DNA of 64,000 nucleotides from Ahrensia sp. (GTDB taxonomy: Bacteria; Pseudomonadota; Alphaproteobacteria; Rhizobiales; Rhizobiaceae), in contig JAPPOQ010000005.1 of assembly GCA_028817895.1 (NCBI GenBank), positions 98,652-162,651 of the forward strand. The letters run 5' to 3'. Below are positions 47,573-56,897 of this stretch, piece by piece. The stretch's first letter is position 1; every line of letters begins with the position of its first letter. Under the pieces are notes generated by a model, which saw nothing but the letters and a program-made list of their open reading frames with translations, ran no database searches and was not told where the DNA came from. The position numbers were made by a program, and so were the translations under genes.

Positions 47573-48399
47573 CAATCGGCTCCTTTCGAGCTTGCTTTTT
47601 GCTGGCGACGAAGGGCTGTCGGCAAAGGAAGAATGGATATCAAGAACAGAAACAGCGCCGCAACGACGATGCTCGGCCCGGCCGGGCTGTCCCATTCGAG
47701 AGAGCCGAACAGGCCGGATACAACGGCGGCAACACCAACCAATGCGGACAGGATCGCCATCTGCTCGGGACCGCTCGCGATTCTGCGGGCGGCGGCGGCC
47801 GGGATGATCAGCAACGCCGTTATGAGCAGGACCCCCACAATTTTCATCGAGATTGCGATCACTGCCGCCATCAAAAGCATAAAGATGATATTGGCGCGTT
47901 CTGGCCTCATGCCCTCGGCTTGAGCCAGTTCCAGATTGACCGTTGCGGCAAACAGCGAGCGCCAGATTGCGGCAAGCGCAAGGAGCACAACCGCACCCCC
48001 TGCCCAGATGATGGCGATGTCAAGCCGCGTGACGGCCAGTATGTCTCCGAACAGGAAACCCATCAGGTCAACGCGTATCCAAGTCATGAACGCCAGAACA
48101 ACCAACCCCACTGCCAGGGCGGAATGGGCAAGTAGGCCAAGCAAAGCGTCAGACGACAACGACGCCCTTCTTTGAAGCAGCAGCAAGGCAAGCGACACGC
48201 AGACCGAAACGCCAAATACGGCGAGCGTGATGCTCACTTCGAACAGCAGCGCCAACGCAACACCCAAAAGCGCGGCGTGGGACAGAGTATCGCCGAAATA
48301 GGCGAGACGCCTCCAAACAATGAAGCAGCCAAGCGGACCGACAACCAGCGCAACGCCGACGCCTGCAAGAATCGCTCTGGTGAAGAAATCATCCAGCAT
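47572..48399 (-). CDS. znuB: zinc ABC transporter permease ZnuB
   Basis: MLDDFFTRAILAGV... polytopic protein; 275 aa. Overlaps znuC by 11 nt. Confidence 0.88.
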   Translation of the reverse strand: MLDDFFTRAILAGVGVALVVGPLGCFIVWRRLAYFGDTLSHAALLGVALALLFEVSITLAVFGVSVCVSLALLLLQRRASLSSDALLGLLAHSALAVGLVVLAFMTWIRVDLMGFLFGDILAVTRLDIAIIWAGGAVVLLALAAIWRSLFAATVNLELAQAEGMRPERANIIFMLLMAAVIAISMKIVGVLLITALLIIPAAAARRIASGPEQMAILSALVGVAAVVSGLFGSLEWDSPAGPSIVVAALFLFLISILPLPTALRRQQKASSKGAD

Positions 48400-49237
48400 C
48401 GCGGCCAACCTCCTCAACCGCTTTTGCAGAAGCACCGCCTTCATGCAGATGAGCGTTTTCAACCGTGGGTGTTTCTGAAACGCTGCCATCGGCATGTCGG
48501 ATGCGCCCATCCGGCAGATGTTCGTGATCGTGGTCATGCTCATAGATCGCCAGCCCGGCAGAGGCCCGAGCGCCAAACAGGGCCTTGTATTCTGCACTGG
48601 TGGCAACCTTGGACGGTGTGCCGGAGCAGCACACATGACCATTGAGGCAAATGACCCGGTCGGTTGCCGCCATCACCACATGCAGATCGTGGGAGATGAG
48701 CAGAACACCGCATCCAAGCCTGTCGCGAATGGATTTGATCAAATCATAAAGGGCGACCTCGCCCTTGAAATCGACACCCTGCACCGGCTCATCAAGCACC
48801 AGAAGATCGGGCTTTCGAGCGATAGCCCTCGCCAAAAGCACGCGTTGAAACTCGCCCCCGGAAAGCGTGATCACCTGGGATTGGGCAAGGTGCATCGTAT
48901 CGGTCGACGACATGGCCTCCTGCGCTTCACTGCGGTTCACATCGCCGGTCAGCCGCATAAAGCGCTCAACGGTTAAGGGCAGCGTCCAGTCAATGGCCAG
49001 CTTTTGAGGAACATAGCCCACGCGCAGACCTTGGCGCTGAACGGCAACGCCCTCGTCGGGCTGGATGATGCCCAGCGCCATCTTGGCCGTTGTTGACTTA
49101 CCGGAGCCATTCGGGCCGATCAGCGTTACGATTTCGCCAGCAGCGACACTCATGGACACGCCATGAACCATCCATTTGCCGGAACGCTGCACGCCGGCAC
49201 CGGTGAGCGTGATCAACGGGTCTGTTTTTTGCAGCAT
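48389..49237 (-). CDS. znuC: zinc ABC transporter ATP-binding protein ZnuC with a His-rich C-terminal extension
   Basis: Walker A GPNGSGKST and signature LSGGEFQRV. The tail is YEHDHDHEHLPDG... Confidence 0.88.
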   Translation of the reverse strand: MLQKTDPLITLTGAGVQRSGKWMVHGVSMSVAAGEIVTLIGPNGSGKSTTAKMALGIIQPDEGVAVQRQGLRVGYVPQKLAIDWTLPLTVERFMRLTGDVNRSEAQEAMSSTDTMHLAQSQVITLSGGEFQRVLLARAIARKPDLLVLDEPVQGVDFKGEVALYDLIKSIRDRLGCGVLLISHDLHVVMAATDRVICLNGHVCCSGTPSKVATSAEYKALFGARASAGLAIYEHDHDHEHLPDGRIRHADGSVSETPTVENAHLHEGGASAKAVEEVGRDAG

Positions 49238-49297
49238 GTGCCCTCGATCAGCAGCAAGTCGGCCAGCCAAGGCGGGAAAGCGCGCTTGCTATGGCAC

Positions 49298-49314
49298 ATG
49301 TTATATCGTAACAC
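49298..49314. promoter_or_regulatory. candidate Zur box in the divergent znuC/znuA promoter region
   Basis: ATGTTATATCGTAACAC contains the perfect inverted repeat TGTTA-5 nt-TAACA, resembling the GTTAT..ATAAC core of characterised Zur operators. Confidence 0.55.
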
Positions 49315-49370
49315 AAACACCAGATCATTCGCTGTGCTGACCGCAGATTCATTGTCCTTGGAGCTAAACC

Positions 49371-50570
49371 ATGCGCCTTCTGAAATCCATCCTTCTGGCC
49401 TCAACCTTGCTTTCCACAAGCGCCCTTTCGGCGCAGGCTGATGTTAAGGTCGTAGCCTCGATCAAGCCTGTCCACTCGCTGGTGGCCGCTGTGATGGAAG
49501 GCGTGGGTGAACCGGGTCTAGTTGTCGAGGGCGCTGGCTCGCCGCACACCTATTCGTTGAAGCCGTCTCAGGCCCAAATGTTGCAGGATGCCAATGTCGT
49601 ATTCTGGATCGGTCACGAAATGGAAGCGTTCCTTGAAAAGCCGGTCGAAGCGCTCGGCAACAACGCCAGGTCCGTCGAACTGATCGACGCTCATGATCTC
49701 GTGAAACTCGAATTCCGTGAAGGCGGCGCTTTTGATGCGCATGACCACAGAGAGCATGCGGACCATGACGATCATGACCACAATCACGGCAAGAAGGCGG
49801 AAACCTCGCATGATGACCATGACCATGAGGGTCACGATCATGAGGAAGCCAAGGCCGAACATGATCACGGCCACGATCACGGCAAGAAAGCCGAAGCCTC
49901 GCACGATGATCATGACCATGACGGACATGGTCATGAGGAAGCCAAGGCGGAACACGACCACGATCATGATCATGAGCATGATCATGGCAAGAAGGCTGAA
50001 GCTTCTCATGGTGATCACGACCATGGCCATGAAGGTCACGCTCACGGCGCGTTTGACGCTCACATCTGGCTTGACCCGGTGAACGCCAAGGCCATGGTGC
50101 ACGAAATCGAGGAAGCACTGGTTGCGGCCGACCCGGACAATGCGGCGACATATGAAGCCAATGCCAAAGCCGTCACTGCCAAGCTTGACGCGTTGATTGA
50201 CGAGGTCTCGGCCGAACTCAAGCCGGTGCAGGGCAAGGGCTTCATCGTGTTCCACGACGCCTATCAGTATTTTGAAAAACGCTTTGGTGTGACTGCCTCA
50301 GGTTCCATCACAGTCTCGCCCGAGGTGCTGCCGGGTGCGGAGCGGGTCACAGAGATTCGCGCCAAGGTGAAGGAATTGGGCGCGGCCTGCGTGTTTTCCG
50401 AACCTCAATTCGAGCCGAAACTGGTCGCGACGGTCACCGAAGGCACATCAGCCAAGTCCGGCGTGATGGACCCACTTGGCGCGACCCTGGATGATGGACC
50501 CAAGCTTTACTTCAACCTGATCCGGGGCATGGCGACATCCGTCAAAACCTGTTTGGGCGAAGCAAGCTAA
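49371..50570 (+). CDS. znuA: periplasmic zinc-binding protein ZnuA with a His/Asp-rich loop of about 105 aa
   Basis: Signal peptide and cluster A-I SBP blocks (KPVHSLV, SPHTYSLKPS, DAHIWLDP, FHDAYQYF) interrupted by the long H/D/E loop. Confidence 0.92.
   Translation: MRLLKSILLASTLLSTSALSAQADVKVVASIKPVHSLVAAVMEGVGEPGLVVEGAGSPHTYSLKPSQAQMLQDANVVFWIGHEMEAFLEKPVEALGNNARSVELIDAHDLVKLEFREGGAFDAHDHREHADHDDHDHNHGKKAETSHDDHDHEGHDHEEAKAEHDHGHDHGKKAEASHDDHDHDGHGHEEAKAEHDHDHDHEHDHGKKAEASHGDHDHGHEGHAHGAFDAHIWLDPVNAKAMVHEIEEALVAADPDNAATYEANAKAVTAKLDALIDEVSAELKPVQGKGFIVFHDAYQYFEKRFGVTASGSITVSPEVLPGAERVTEIRAKVKELGAACVFSEPQFEPKLVATVTEGTSAKSGVMDPLGATLDDGPKLYFNLIRGMATSVKTCLGEAS
49785..50048 (+). repeat. three imperfect in-frame tandem repeats (periods 93 and 105 nt) encoding the ZnuA His-rich loop
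   Basis: Units start with CACGGCAAGAAGG at 49785, CACGGCAAGAAAG at 49878 and CATGGCAAGAAGG at 49983. Each encodes HGKKAE.SH.DHDH... Confidence 0.8.
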
Positions 50571-50588
50571 ACCAAACCTCAAATCACC

Positions 50589-50619
50589 AACGGGCGGCTT
50601 TGACCGCCCGTTTCTTTTC
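50589..50619 (+). terminator. intrinsic terminator after znuA
   Basis: AACGGGCGG-CTTTGA-CCGCCCGTT followed by TCTTTTCC. Confidence 0.65.
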
Positions 50620-50628
50620 CTCAGAGAT

Positions 50629-50646
50629 GTAATGTAATAACATATG
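50629..50646. promoter_or_regulatory. candidate Zur box abutting the start codon of the CobW-type GTPase gene
   Basis: GTAATGTAATAACATATG contains the imperfect palindrome ATGTAATAACAT at 50632-50643. No Shine-Dalgarno sequence is visible before the ATG at 50644. Confidence 0.45.
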
Positions 50647-51852
50647 CTAGAACAACGCCTCCCCGTTACCGTGCTTTCCGGCTTTCTTGGTGCCGGCAAG
50701 ACCACGCTGCTGAACCATATTCTCAACAACCGCGAAGGCATGCGCGTCGCCGTCATCGTCAACGATATGAGCGAAGTGAACATCGATGCAGGCCTGATCC
50801 GCGATGGCGGTGCCAATCTTTCCCGTACCGACGAACAGCTGGTTGAGATGACCAATGGCTGCATCTGTTGCACGCTGCGCGATGACTTGCTTAAGGAAGT
50901 GAAGGAACTGGCCGATCAGGGACGGTTCGACCATCTGCTGATTGAATCAACTGGTATTTCGGAGCCGCTGCCGGTGGCCTCCACCTTCGAATTTCGAGAC
51001 GAAGACGGGGAAAGCCTGTCTGACGTTTCGCAGCTGGATTCCATGATCACTGTGGTGGACGCTGCAAGCCTGCTGAATGACTATGCCTCCAGCGACTTTC
51101 TGCGCGACCGTGGCGAAACCATGGGAGACGAGGATAATCGAACGTTGGTCGATCTTCTGGTGGACCAGATCGAATTTGCTGACACGATCATCCTCAACAA
51201 GGTCTCGGCGACCACGCCAGGTAATCTCGATGCCGCGCGCAAGATCATACGTGCGCTCAATCCAGATGCTGTTTTGATTGAGACGGATTTTTCTCGCGTG
51301 CCCTTGTCCGATGTGCTGGGCACCGGGCGCTTCGATTTCGACAAGGCCCATGAACATCCGCTTTGGTACAAGGAACTCAACGGGTTTGCCGATCACGTTC
51401 CCGAAACCGAGGAATATGGTATCCGGTCTTTCGTCTATCATGCCAAGCGACCGTTTGACCCGATGAAGCTTCAGGCCTTCATCAACAAGCCTTGGCCGGG
51501 TGTTGTCCGCGCCAAGGGTTTTTTCTGGCTTGCCACGCGCCCGCAATATGTGGGTGAGTTGTCGATGGCCGGCGCATTAGTGAAGACAGAAAAGCGCGGA
51601 CTGTGGTGGTCAGCGGCACCCAAGGAGTATTGGCCGGATGATCCCCAATGGTACAAATCCATGGAACCCTATTTCGATCCAGTCTGGGGTGATCGGCGTC
51701 AGGAGCTCGTATTCATCGGTTGCGATCCGATGGATGAAGCTTCCATCCGCAGCGCTCTCGACGCCTGCCTGCTCGATTCAACCGCATTCGTTCCGGATAG
51801 TTGGACATCGATGCCCGACCCGTTTCCGTCCTGGGCGGCGAGGGCAGCATAA
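50644..51852 (+). CDS. CobW/ZigA/YeiR-family (COG0523) GTPase, putative zinc metallochaperone
   Basis: P-loop [12 protein letters not shown] and the metal-binding CICCTL motif; 402 aa. Adjacent to znuA and a Zur-box-like site. Confidence 0.88.
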   Translation: MLEQRLPVTVLSGFLGAGKTTLLNHILNNREGMRVAVIVNDMSEVNIDAGLIRDGGANLSRTDEQLVEMTNGCICCTLRDDLLKEVKELADQGRFDHLLIESTGISEPLPVASTFEFRDEDGESLSDVSQLDSMITVVDAASLLNDYASSDFLRDRGETMGDEDNRTLVDLLVDQIEFADTIILNKVSATTPGNLDAARKIIRALNPDAVLIETDFSRVPLSDVLGTGRFDFDKAHEHPLWYKELNGFADHVPETEEYGIRSFVYHAKRPFDPMKLQAFINKPWPGVVRAKGFFWLATRPQYVGELSMAGALVKTEKRGLWWSAAPKEYWPDDPQWYKSMEPYFDPVWGDRRQELVFIGCDPMDEASIRSALDACLLDSTAFVPDSWTSMPDPFPSWAARAA

Positions 51853-52499
51853 TGTTGCAGAGACAGATCATTGAGAACGCGGCAGTTGGCGTTGGTGTCA
51901 TCGACTCCGTTGATGAGATGAACCTCATCCACAAACCGGGTGTGGCTGCGGTCATCTGGCGGCGCCAACCGCAACAGGAATTTCAGCGCTGGATCGACAC
52001 TTTGGACCCTGCACGCTTGCCTGAAGCACGCCTGGTGCTTCAACCGACCACGGTGGCGAGTGCGGTTGAGCACCTCTTCACCATCTCCAATATGCCCGTG
52101 GATGAGCATCGCCATTTTTTGGTTGAAGATATCGCCACGCTCGCCCGCAATTTTGCAACTGTGATGGGGTCACCCTATCTGCGGCTACGCCTCGATGTGG
52201 TGACCGACAATGCCTGCCCGAAATTTCACATCGATGCCGTCAAGGCACGATTGCTTTGCACCTATCGCGGGTTGGGCACGCAATATGCAGTCTCACCGGA
52301 CGGAACTGAACCCGACAGGGTGTTTTCAGCGCCAACAGGCTCGGCGATGATTTTGAAAGGGATAAAGTGGCCGGAGCCGCCGCGCTCTGGTCTTCTGCAC
52401 CGCTCGCCCCCCATTGAGGGAAGCGGCGAAACGCGTCTTTTACTTGTGCTCGATCCTGTGGACGAGGAGGCGGTCAGCCCGGACACTTTGCTCAACTGA
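51852..52499 (+). CDS. DUF1826-family protein
   Basis: 215 aa from the ATG at 51852, which shares 1 nt with the GTPase TAA stop. The family call was recognised from memory of COG0523 neighbourhoods only. Confidence 0.55.
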   Translation: MLQRQIIENAAVGVGVIDSVDEMNLIHKPGVAAVIWRRQPQQEFQRWIDTLDPARLPEARLVLQPTTVASAVEHLFTISNMPVDEHRHFLVEDIATLARNFATVMGSPYLRLRLDVVTDNACPKFHIDAVKARLLCTYRGLGTQYAVSPDGTEPDRVFSAPTGSAMILKGIKWPEPPRSGLLHRSPPIEGSGETRLLLVLDPVDEEAVSPDTLLN

Positions 52500-52534
52500 C
52501 ATGGTGACCTCATCTGGGGTGATCTTTGATCCAG

Positions 52535-54229
52535 CTATCTTGGATACCAATATTGCGCGGAGTCCTCGGCACGATCGATAACGGTGAAATTGTTGGCGAA
52601 AACACGATACTCGTGGCTCCATTCCCCATCCGGCCACTGAACCCGAACACGCGCACGTTCTGCAACGCCCAACCCCACATGCACAAAGCCTAGTTGCCCT
52701 GAAGCATGCCCACCGCCGATCTGCACGATGCGGGTCTGATTGAGGTTTCCCGTCTTGATGTGGATCTTCGCCCCAACGGCATTTCTGTTAGCACCGGTGT
52801 TTTGAAGCTCTATCGCGAGCCAGTTGCCCATCGAACGATGGCCCCAATCTGCTCGCGCACCGCGATTGCGAAAAAGGCTTGTCGGACTGCCCCGATTGAC
52901 CACGAGCAGATCGAGCATGCCGTCTGCGTTGAAATCCTCAATCACTGCACCGCGCCCCTTCCGATCAAGCGCGATCCCAGCTTCAGCTCCCCGTTCCGTA
53001 AAGCCATCGGCGCCGTTGCCCATCAGCAGATTGTCGGGATCGAAAGCGGCGAAGTCGGGCATAGCCTCAACATTGCCCTTGGCAATGAACAGGTCGAGGT
53101 GGGCGTCATTGTTAAGATCCGCAAATTGCGCGTGCCATCCAGTCGAAGGCTTCAAATCTGCGCCCTTATAGGGGCGATGTGCGGTCACACCCTTGTCGAA
53201 TGCTATGTCGCGATAGTGAGGGCGCGTTTCGTCGGCCTCTTCAGCGAGCGTTTGCAGCTTTGTGTCGCCCATGGAGGTGAGCGCATATTCGGGCATGCCA
53301 TCGCCATTCAGATCGGCCTGCGCGATGCCCATGCCCCAGATGGTGAGTGGCTTCCAGCCTTCCGCAGTTCTGTACAAGCGGGGCGGGGAACCGGACCGCA
53401 TCTGCCAAAGCTGCTCCTGGCCGCCACGATGATACTGCCTGTCATTGGTGATGCGCAAATCGGCCTGGCCGGAATTGTTCCAGTCCGTGAAGGCGAGGGA
53501 AAGCGAACAATGCCCGGGCGTCAAAGCTGTAACTTCGTACGTTCCTTCAGTCCCGACGGGTCGGTGCAGCGTGTTGTCTTCGCAAGTGCCCCAGGGGGAG
53601 CCGGGTGCGGTTTGGTCGACATAATTGCCGATCGCCAGAGTCGGGCGCTTGGCGTCCTTCTCCCAGATGGCAGAAAAACCCGTGGACCAGGCGCGACCAC
53701 CATCGAAACCGAGGGACCGATTGGCAACCGCGAACTCGCAATCGCCCAACCCCTTCAGGATCAGGTTTTCACCAAGACGCAGCAGCACAACGTCGGTAAC
53801 GGCATCATTATCGATATCGATTGGGTAGGCACCTAAAACCTTGGTGGATCGATTTTGCCCGAGACCGAGATCTTGGCTTTGAAACTCAAGGGCACCGCCG
53901 GCCAATGAGCGGTTAACGAATAGCTGGGCAGGGTTTGCGCCACCGGCAAGCAACAGATCGGGCATTCTGTCGCCATTGCAGTCGAAACTCGCAGCCCCAC
54001 CACCAACGAAATACTCCCAAGGGCCGTCATAAACGTGGTCCAGTCCCGCTTCGCTGGCCTGTTCGGTCAAGGAGGGCGTGTCGAACGGAAACTCTGCCTC
54101 GGCGGATGGCGGTGCCTTCGCGATTTCAATCCCTGTCGCCATGGCAAGGGTCGAGACTGACGTAACGGGCAGGGCAAGTGCCAGGGTCAGGGCAAGTTTC
54201 AGGGCGAGGCTATTCGACGAACTGGACAT
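52535..54229 (-). CDS. secreted CRTAC1-family protein (FG-GAP/VCBS repeats plus ASPIC/UnbV C-terminal domain)
   Basis: Signal peptide and repeated Ca-binding-like DxNxDGxxD loops (DCNGDRMPDLLL, DLNGDGMPEYAL, DFNADGMLDLLV). The C-terminal region ...IGGGHASGQLGFVHVGLG is an UnbV-type motif. Confidence 0.8.
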   Translation of the reverse strand: MSSSSNSLALKLALTLALALPVTSVSTLAMATGIEIAKAPPSAEAEFPFDTPSLTEQASEAGLDHVYDGPWEYFVGGGAASFDCNGDRMPDLLLAGGANPAQLFVNRSLAGGALEFQSQDLGLGQNRSTKVLGAYPIDIDNDAVTDVVLLRLGENLILKGLGDCEFAVANRSLGFDGGRAWSTGFSAIWEKDAKRPTLAIGNYVDQTAPGSPWGTCEDNTLHRPVGTEGTYEVTALTPGHCSLSLAFTDWNNSGQADLRITNDRQYHRGGQEQLWQMRSGSPPRLYRTAEGWKPLTIWGMGIAQADLNGDGMPEYALTSMGDTKLQTLAEEADETRPHYRDIAFDKGVTAHRPYKGADLKPSTGWHAQFADLNNDAHLDLFIAKGNVEAMPDFAAFDPDNLLMGNGADGFTERGAEAGIALDRKGRGAVIEDFNADGMLDLLVVNRGSPTSLFRNRGARADWGHRSMGNWLAIELQNTGANRNAVGAKIHIKTGNLNQTRIVQIGGGHASGQLGFVHVGLGVAERARVRVQWPDGEWSHEYRVFANNFTVIDRAEDSAQYWYPR

Positions 54230-55659
54230 CACCTGCCCCCAATCCTGAGAGACCGGAGAAACGCGATCAAGGCGCGCCGGTCATTGTCGGTGGCTGCCGC
54301 ATAGGCATCTCTGCTGCGCCGAGCATCGCCGGCATGCGCCCGGATCATTTCATCGAGTGTCGTGATGTCATTGCGGTGACCATAGGGGGCAGTAGATCCG
54401 ATGCCCCAAAGTTCGGCCGTGGCAAAGGACGTTCGGTCCACAAATCGCTGCGCCAGCAATTCGTTGCCAAGCCGTTCGTTGGCTGCATCCGTCATTGTGT
54501 GTCGCTTGAGATCACCAAATAGCGGGACGAGAACGTCACCCTGCTCATTGCGCGGTAGACGTCTTGCCCAGTCGAGCAGGCTCAAATCGTAGACCGCTGC
54601 GTCTTGCACCTGTCCTCGCGCAAGTGTCCCGGCTGCATCGAGCGGACCCGGATCGGCAAACTCCAGAGAAGAGAGTGGCAGAGCGGGAATATGACAACTG
54701 GCGCATCCCAGATCATTGAAGACGGCACGCCCCTTCTGGGCCAGTGTCTGCCATTCTTCATTGCCATCAAAATCTTGCACAGGAGCGGGAAGGGTTGCTT
54801 GCCATGCGACAAGTGCGGAAACATCTCCAACTCCCAATTCGTCCTCGTAACCGTCCTCGTCAAAGTCTGCACTCGCCGTCCAGCGTCGTCCGAACCGCTC
54901 ACTGGCCTGCATTCCATGGTGGGCGTTCATGGCATTGATTGTGAACTGACGCAGCGACCCAATGACTCCCTTCTGCCCAAAGGGCCGGATGACCAGATCG
55001 GCATCCACTCCTTCGAGCTTTGAAAGATCAGCCAGCCCATCGGGACGCGCCGTAAGGCTGCCAAAGCTTACCCCCTTGGTCTCAAGCGCAATAGTCACGG
55101 CCGCATCCGTGTTGCGCGCTTTTTCAATCGCCCGCCTGCGCTGGTCGTGCAGATCGCTGGTCATTTCACGCGCCAGCAATTCGATGAGCCCTGCCCCCAT
55201 CAGGTGATTGGTGCCGCGCTCATTGGAAAATTGCGGATCAGTGGAATCAAAATCCGGCAGGGTGAAACCCTCCGCGACAAATGTCGTGGTCGCAAAATCC
55301 CCCGCGCCTCCAATGACGGGATCGTTGTGACAGGAGGAACAGGCATTGGCATCCGGCCCGGATGTGCGGGCAAAGCTTAAACGAGCGGCATGGCGCGGCT
55401 TGGTGGGAATTATGGCTTGTGTGGCGCGCGGACGTCCGGCTCCGTCAAGTGTCGTGAACTTGGCGGAAAACAGGGCTTCTCCGGTCTTTGTGAGTTGCTC
55501 AAGTTCCGAGCGCGACAGCGTTCCTGAAGGCGTTGAGGAAACCGCACCAATTGCCGCAGTGCGTTCATTCCAGATCGGGTTTTCGTGTTCAGCTGCGGTA
55601 GCCATCAGCGGTTGGCCAAGTCCAATGGCGATACCGAGTGTGAGTGCAAAACGTCTCAT
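54229..55659 (-). CDS. secreted di-heme c-type oxidoreductase (DUF1111 / thiol oxidoreductase-like)
   Basis: Signal peptide and two CxxCH heme motifs (CSSCH, CASCH); 476 aa. ATGA overlap with the ROK gene and a 1-nt overlap with the CRTAC1 gene. Confidence 0.8.
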   Translation of the reverse strand: MRRFALTLGIAIGLGQPLMATAAEHENPIWNERTAAIGAVSSTPSGTLSRSELEQLTKTGEALFSAKFTTLDGAGRPRATQAIIPTKPRHAARLSFARTSGPDANACSSCHNDPVIGGAGDFATTTFVAEGFTLPDFDSTDPQFSNERGTNHLMGAGLIELLAREMTSDLHDQRRRAIEKARNTDAAVTIALETKGVSFGSLTARPDGLADLSKLEGVDADLVIRPFGQKGVIGSLRQFTINAMNAHHGMQASERFGRRWTASADFDEDGYEDELGVGDVSALVAWQATLPAPVQDFDGNEEWQTLAQKGRAVFNDLGCASCHIPALPLSSLEFADPGPLDAAGTLARGQVQDAAVYDLSLLDWARRLPRNEQGDVLVPLFGDLKRHTMTDAANERLGNELLAQRFVDRTSFATAELWGIGSTAPYGHRNDITTLDEMIRAHAGDARRSRDAYAAATDNDRRALIAFLRSLRIGGR

Positions 55660-56888
55660 GCGGCCACGTCCTTCTCCTGCCCGCGTATCGACTGGGCTGC
55701 ATCATTTTCCATCAGGGCGGCAATCGCGCAGCCCTCCAACACAAGTGCACTTGTGTCTTCGTAGCTGGAAAGCTCCAACGGACCGTAATGCTGCGATCCG
55801 GTGGCCGACGAGATGGCCTTTCGAATTGAGGGTTTCATCAGATCGAGAAATATCATTCCTCGCCCGACAAGTGCGACCGGAAACTCATCGACGAGCGCAA
55901 ACAGATTGGCGATGCCCGCGCCAATGGCGTCTCCGGCCTGCGCAATCGCCTTCATTGCCAGAGGTTCTTGCGCCATGGCGGCATCACGAATTTCATGAAG
56001 ATCACCAACGTCGACATGGTCCGCCGGTTTTTGCGTTTCCGATTGCCCCGCGGCCACACGAGCAATGGCATAATCACCCGCATAGGCTTCGATGCAACCA
56101 TATTGCCCGCAACGGCACAGCGCCCCGCCCGGTATGTGGTTCATATGCCCAAACTCTATCCCAGAGGAGCGCGTGCCATTGACCACTTCGCCGCGCAGAA
56201 ACAGGCCCATGCCCACACCATGCGACAGCAACACGGCTGCAAAATTCTCGCTGTAGAGATCGGGTTCACGCCAGTTCAATGCGCGCACGATCATGTCGCA
56301 GTCATTGGCAATACGGGCGGGAGCTGCGAAAGCGTCTTCCAACCACTGTGCAATGGGTAGGTCACGCTCCTGCGTTACGGGGGACCAAAGCAGTCTGGTT
56401 CCGCACACGCTGGTCACGCCCTGAAACCCGACAGCGATCTGCGCCAATTGGCGGCCCGATCCAAGCTTGTCTTGCACGGAACGAACACTGCCCAGCAGAG
56501 CAGACTTGATGGTTTGTCGATCCAACTTCTTGCCATGCAGCGACATTGTGGAGTGAGCAACGATGCCGCCAGCATTGTCGATCAAAGTTGCACTGACATT
56601 TCGCAACTCGAAATAGACCGCACAGACCAACGCGGCCTGCGGGTTGAGGGATAATGCGATCTTGGGCCGACCTCTTCCCTTGCTGCGTGTCGAATCGCTG
56701 GCGACATAGCCTTCCTCTATGAGATCGGTGACGATGGCGGAGATGGTGGCGGCGCTCAGCCCCGTGGATTTGGCGATGGCTGCACGGGAGACCGGCGCGC
56801 GTCGACGCAACTCGGCCAAAACCTTGTGCCGATTGAGGTCTCGCACCTGTTCCAGGCTGCGCGATTGTCGTGCCGATTTCTCTCCCAT
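55656..56888 (-). CDS. ROK-family transcriptional regulator (XylR/NagC-like)
   Basis: N-terminal winged HTH (VSRAAIAKSTGLSAATISAIVTDLIEEGYV) and the ROK zinc motif H...CRCGQYGCIEAY. Divergent from xylF. Confidence 0.85.
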   Translation of the reverse strand: MGEKSARQSRSLEQVRDLNRHKVLAELRRRAPVSRAAIAKSTGLSAATISAIVTDLIEEGYVASDSTRSKGRGRPKIALSLNPQAALVCAVYFELRNVSATLIDNAGGIVAHSTMSLHGKKLDRQTIKSALLGSVRSVQDKLGSGRQLAQIAVGFQGVTSVCGTRLLWSPVTQERDLPIAQWLEDAFAAPARIANDCDMIVRALNWREPDLYSENFAAVLLSHGVGMGLFLRGEVVNGTRSSGIEFGHMNHIPGGALCRCGQYGCIEAYAGDYAIARVAAGQSETQKPADHVDVGDLHEIRDAAMAQEPLAMKAIAQAGDAIGAGIANLFALVDEFPVALVGRGMIFLDLMKPSIRKAISSATGSQHYGPLELSSYEDTSALVLEGCAIAALMENDAAQSIRGQEKDVAA

Positions 56889-56897
56889 AATTCAGAT

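Noticed and set aside
46955-47923. 322-aa plus-strand ORF crossing the AEC 3' end, zur and znuB
   Set aside because: It runs through three supported genes on both strands and has no motif.
49785-50048. Possible CRISPR-like or satellite repeat array
   Set aside because: The repeats are in frame and imperfect, with periods of 93 and 105 nt, and there are no unique spacers. They lie inside znuA and encode the His-rich loop. No cas genes are present in the window.
49462-50255. Several long ORFs on both strands across the znuA His-rich repeat (229 aa, 245 aa, 121 aa)
   Set aside because: They are generated by the CAT/GAC/CAC-rich tandem repeat, which is stop-free in several frames. Only the znuA frame continues into conserved SBP blocks.
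52706-53836. 376-aa plus-strand ORF antisense to the CRTAC1-family gene
   Set aside because: The minus-strand frame has a signal peptide, repeated DxNxDG loops and the UnbV motif. The plus-strand product has no features.
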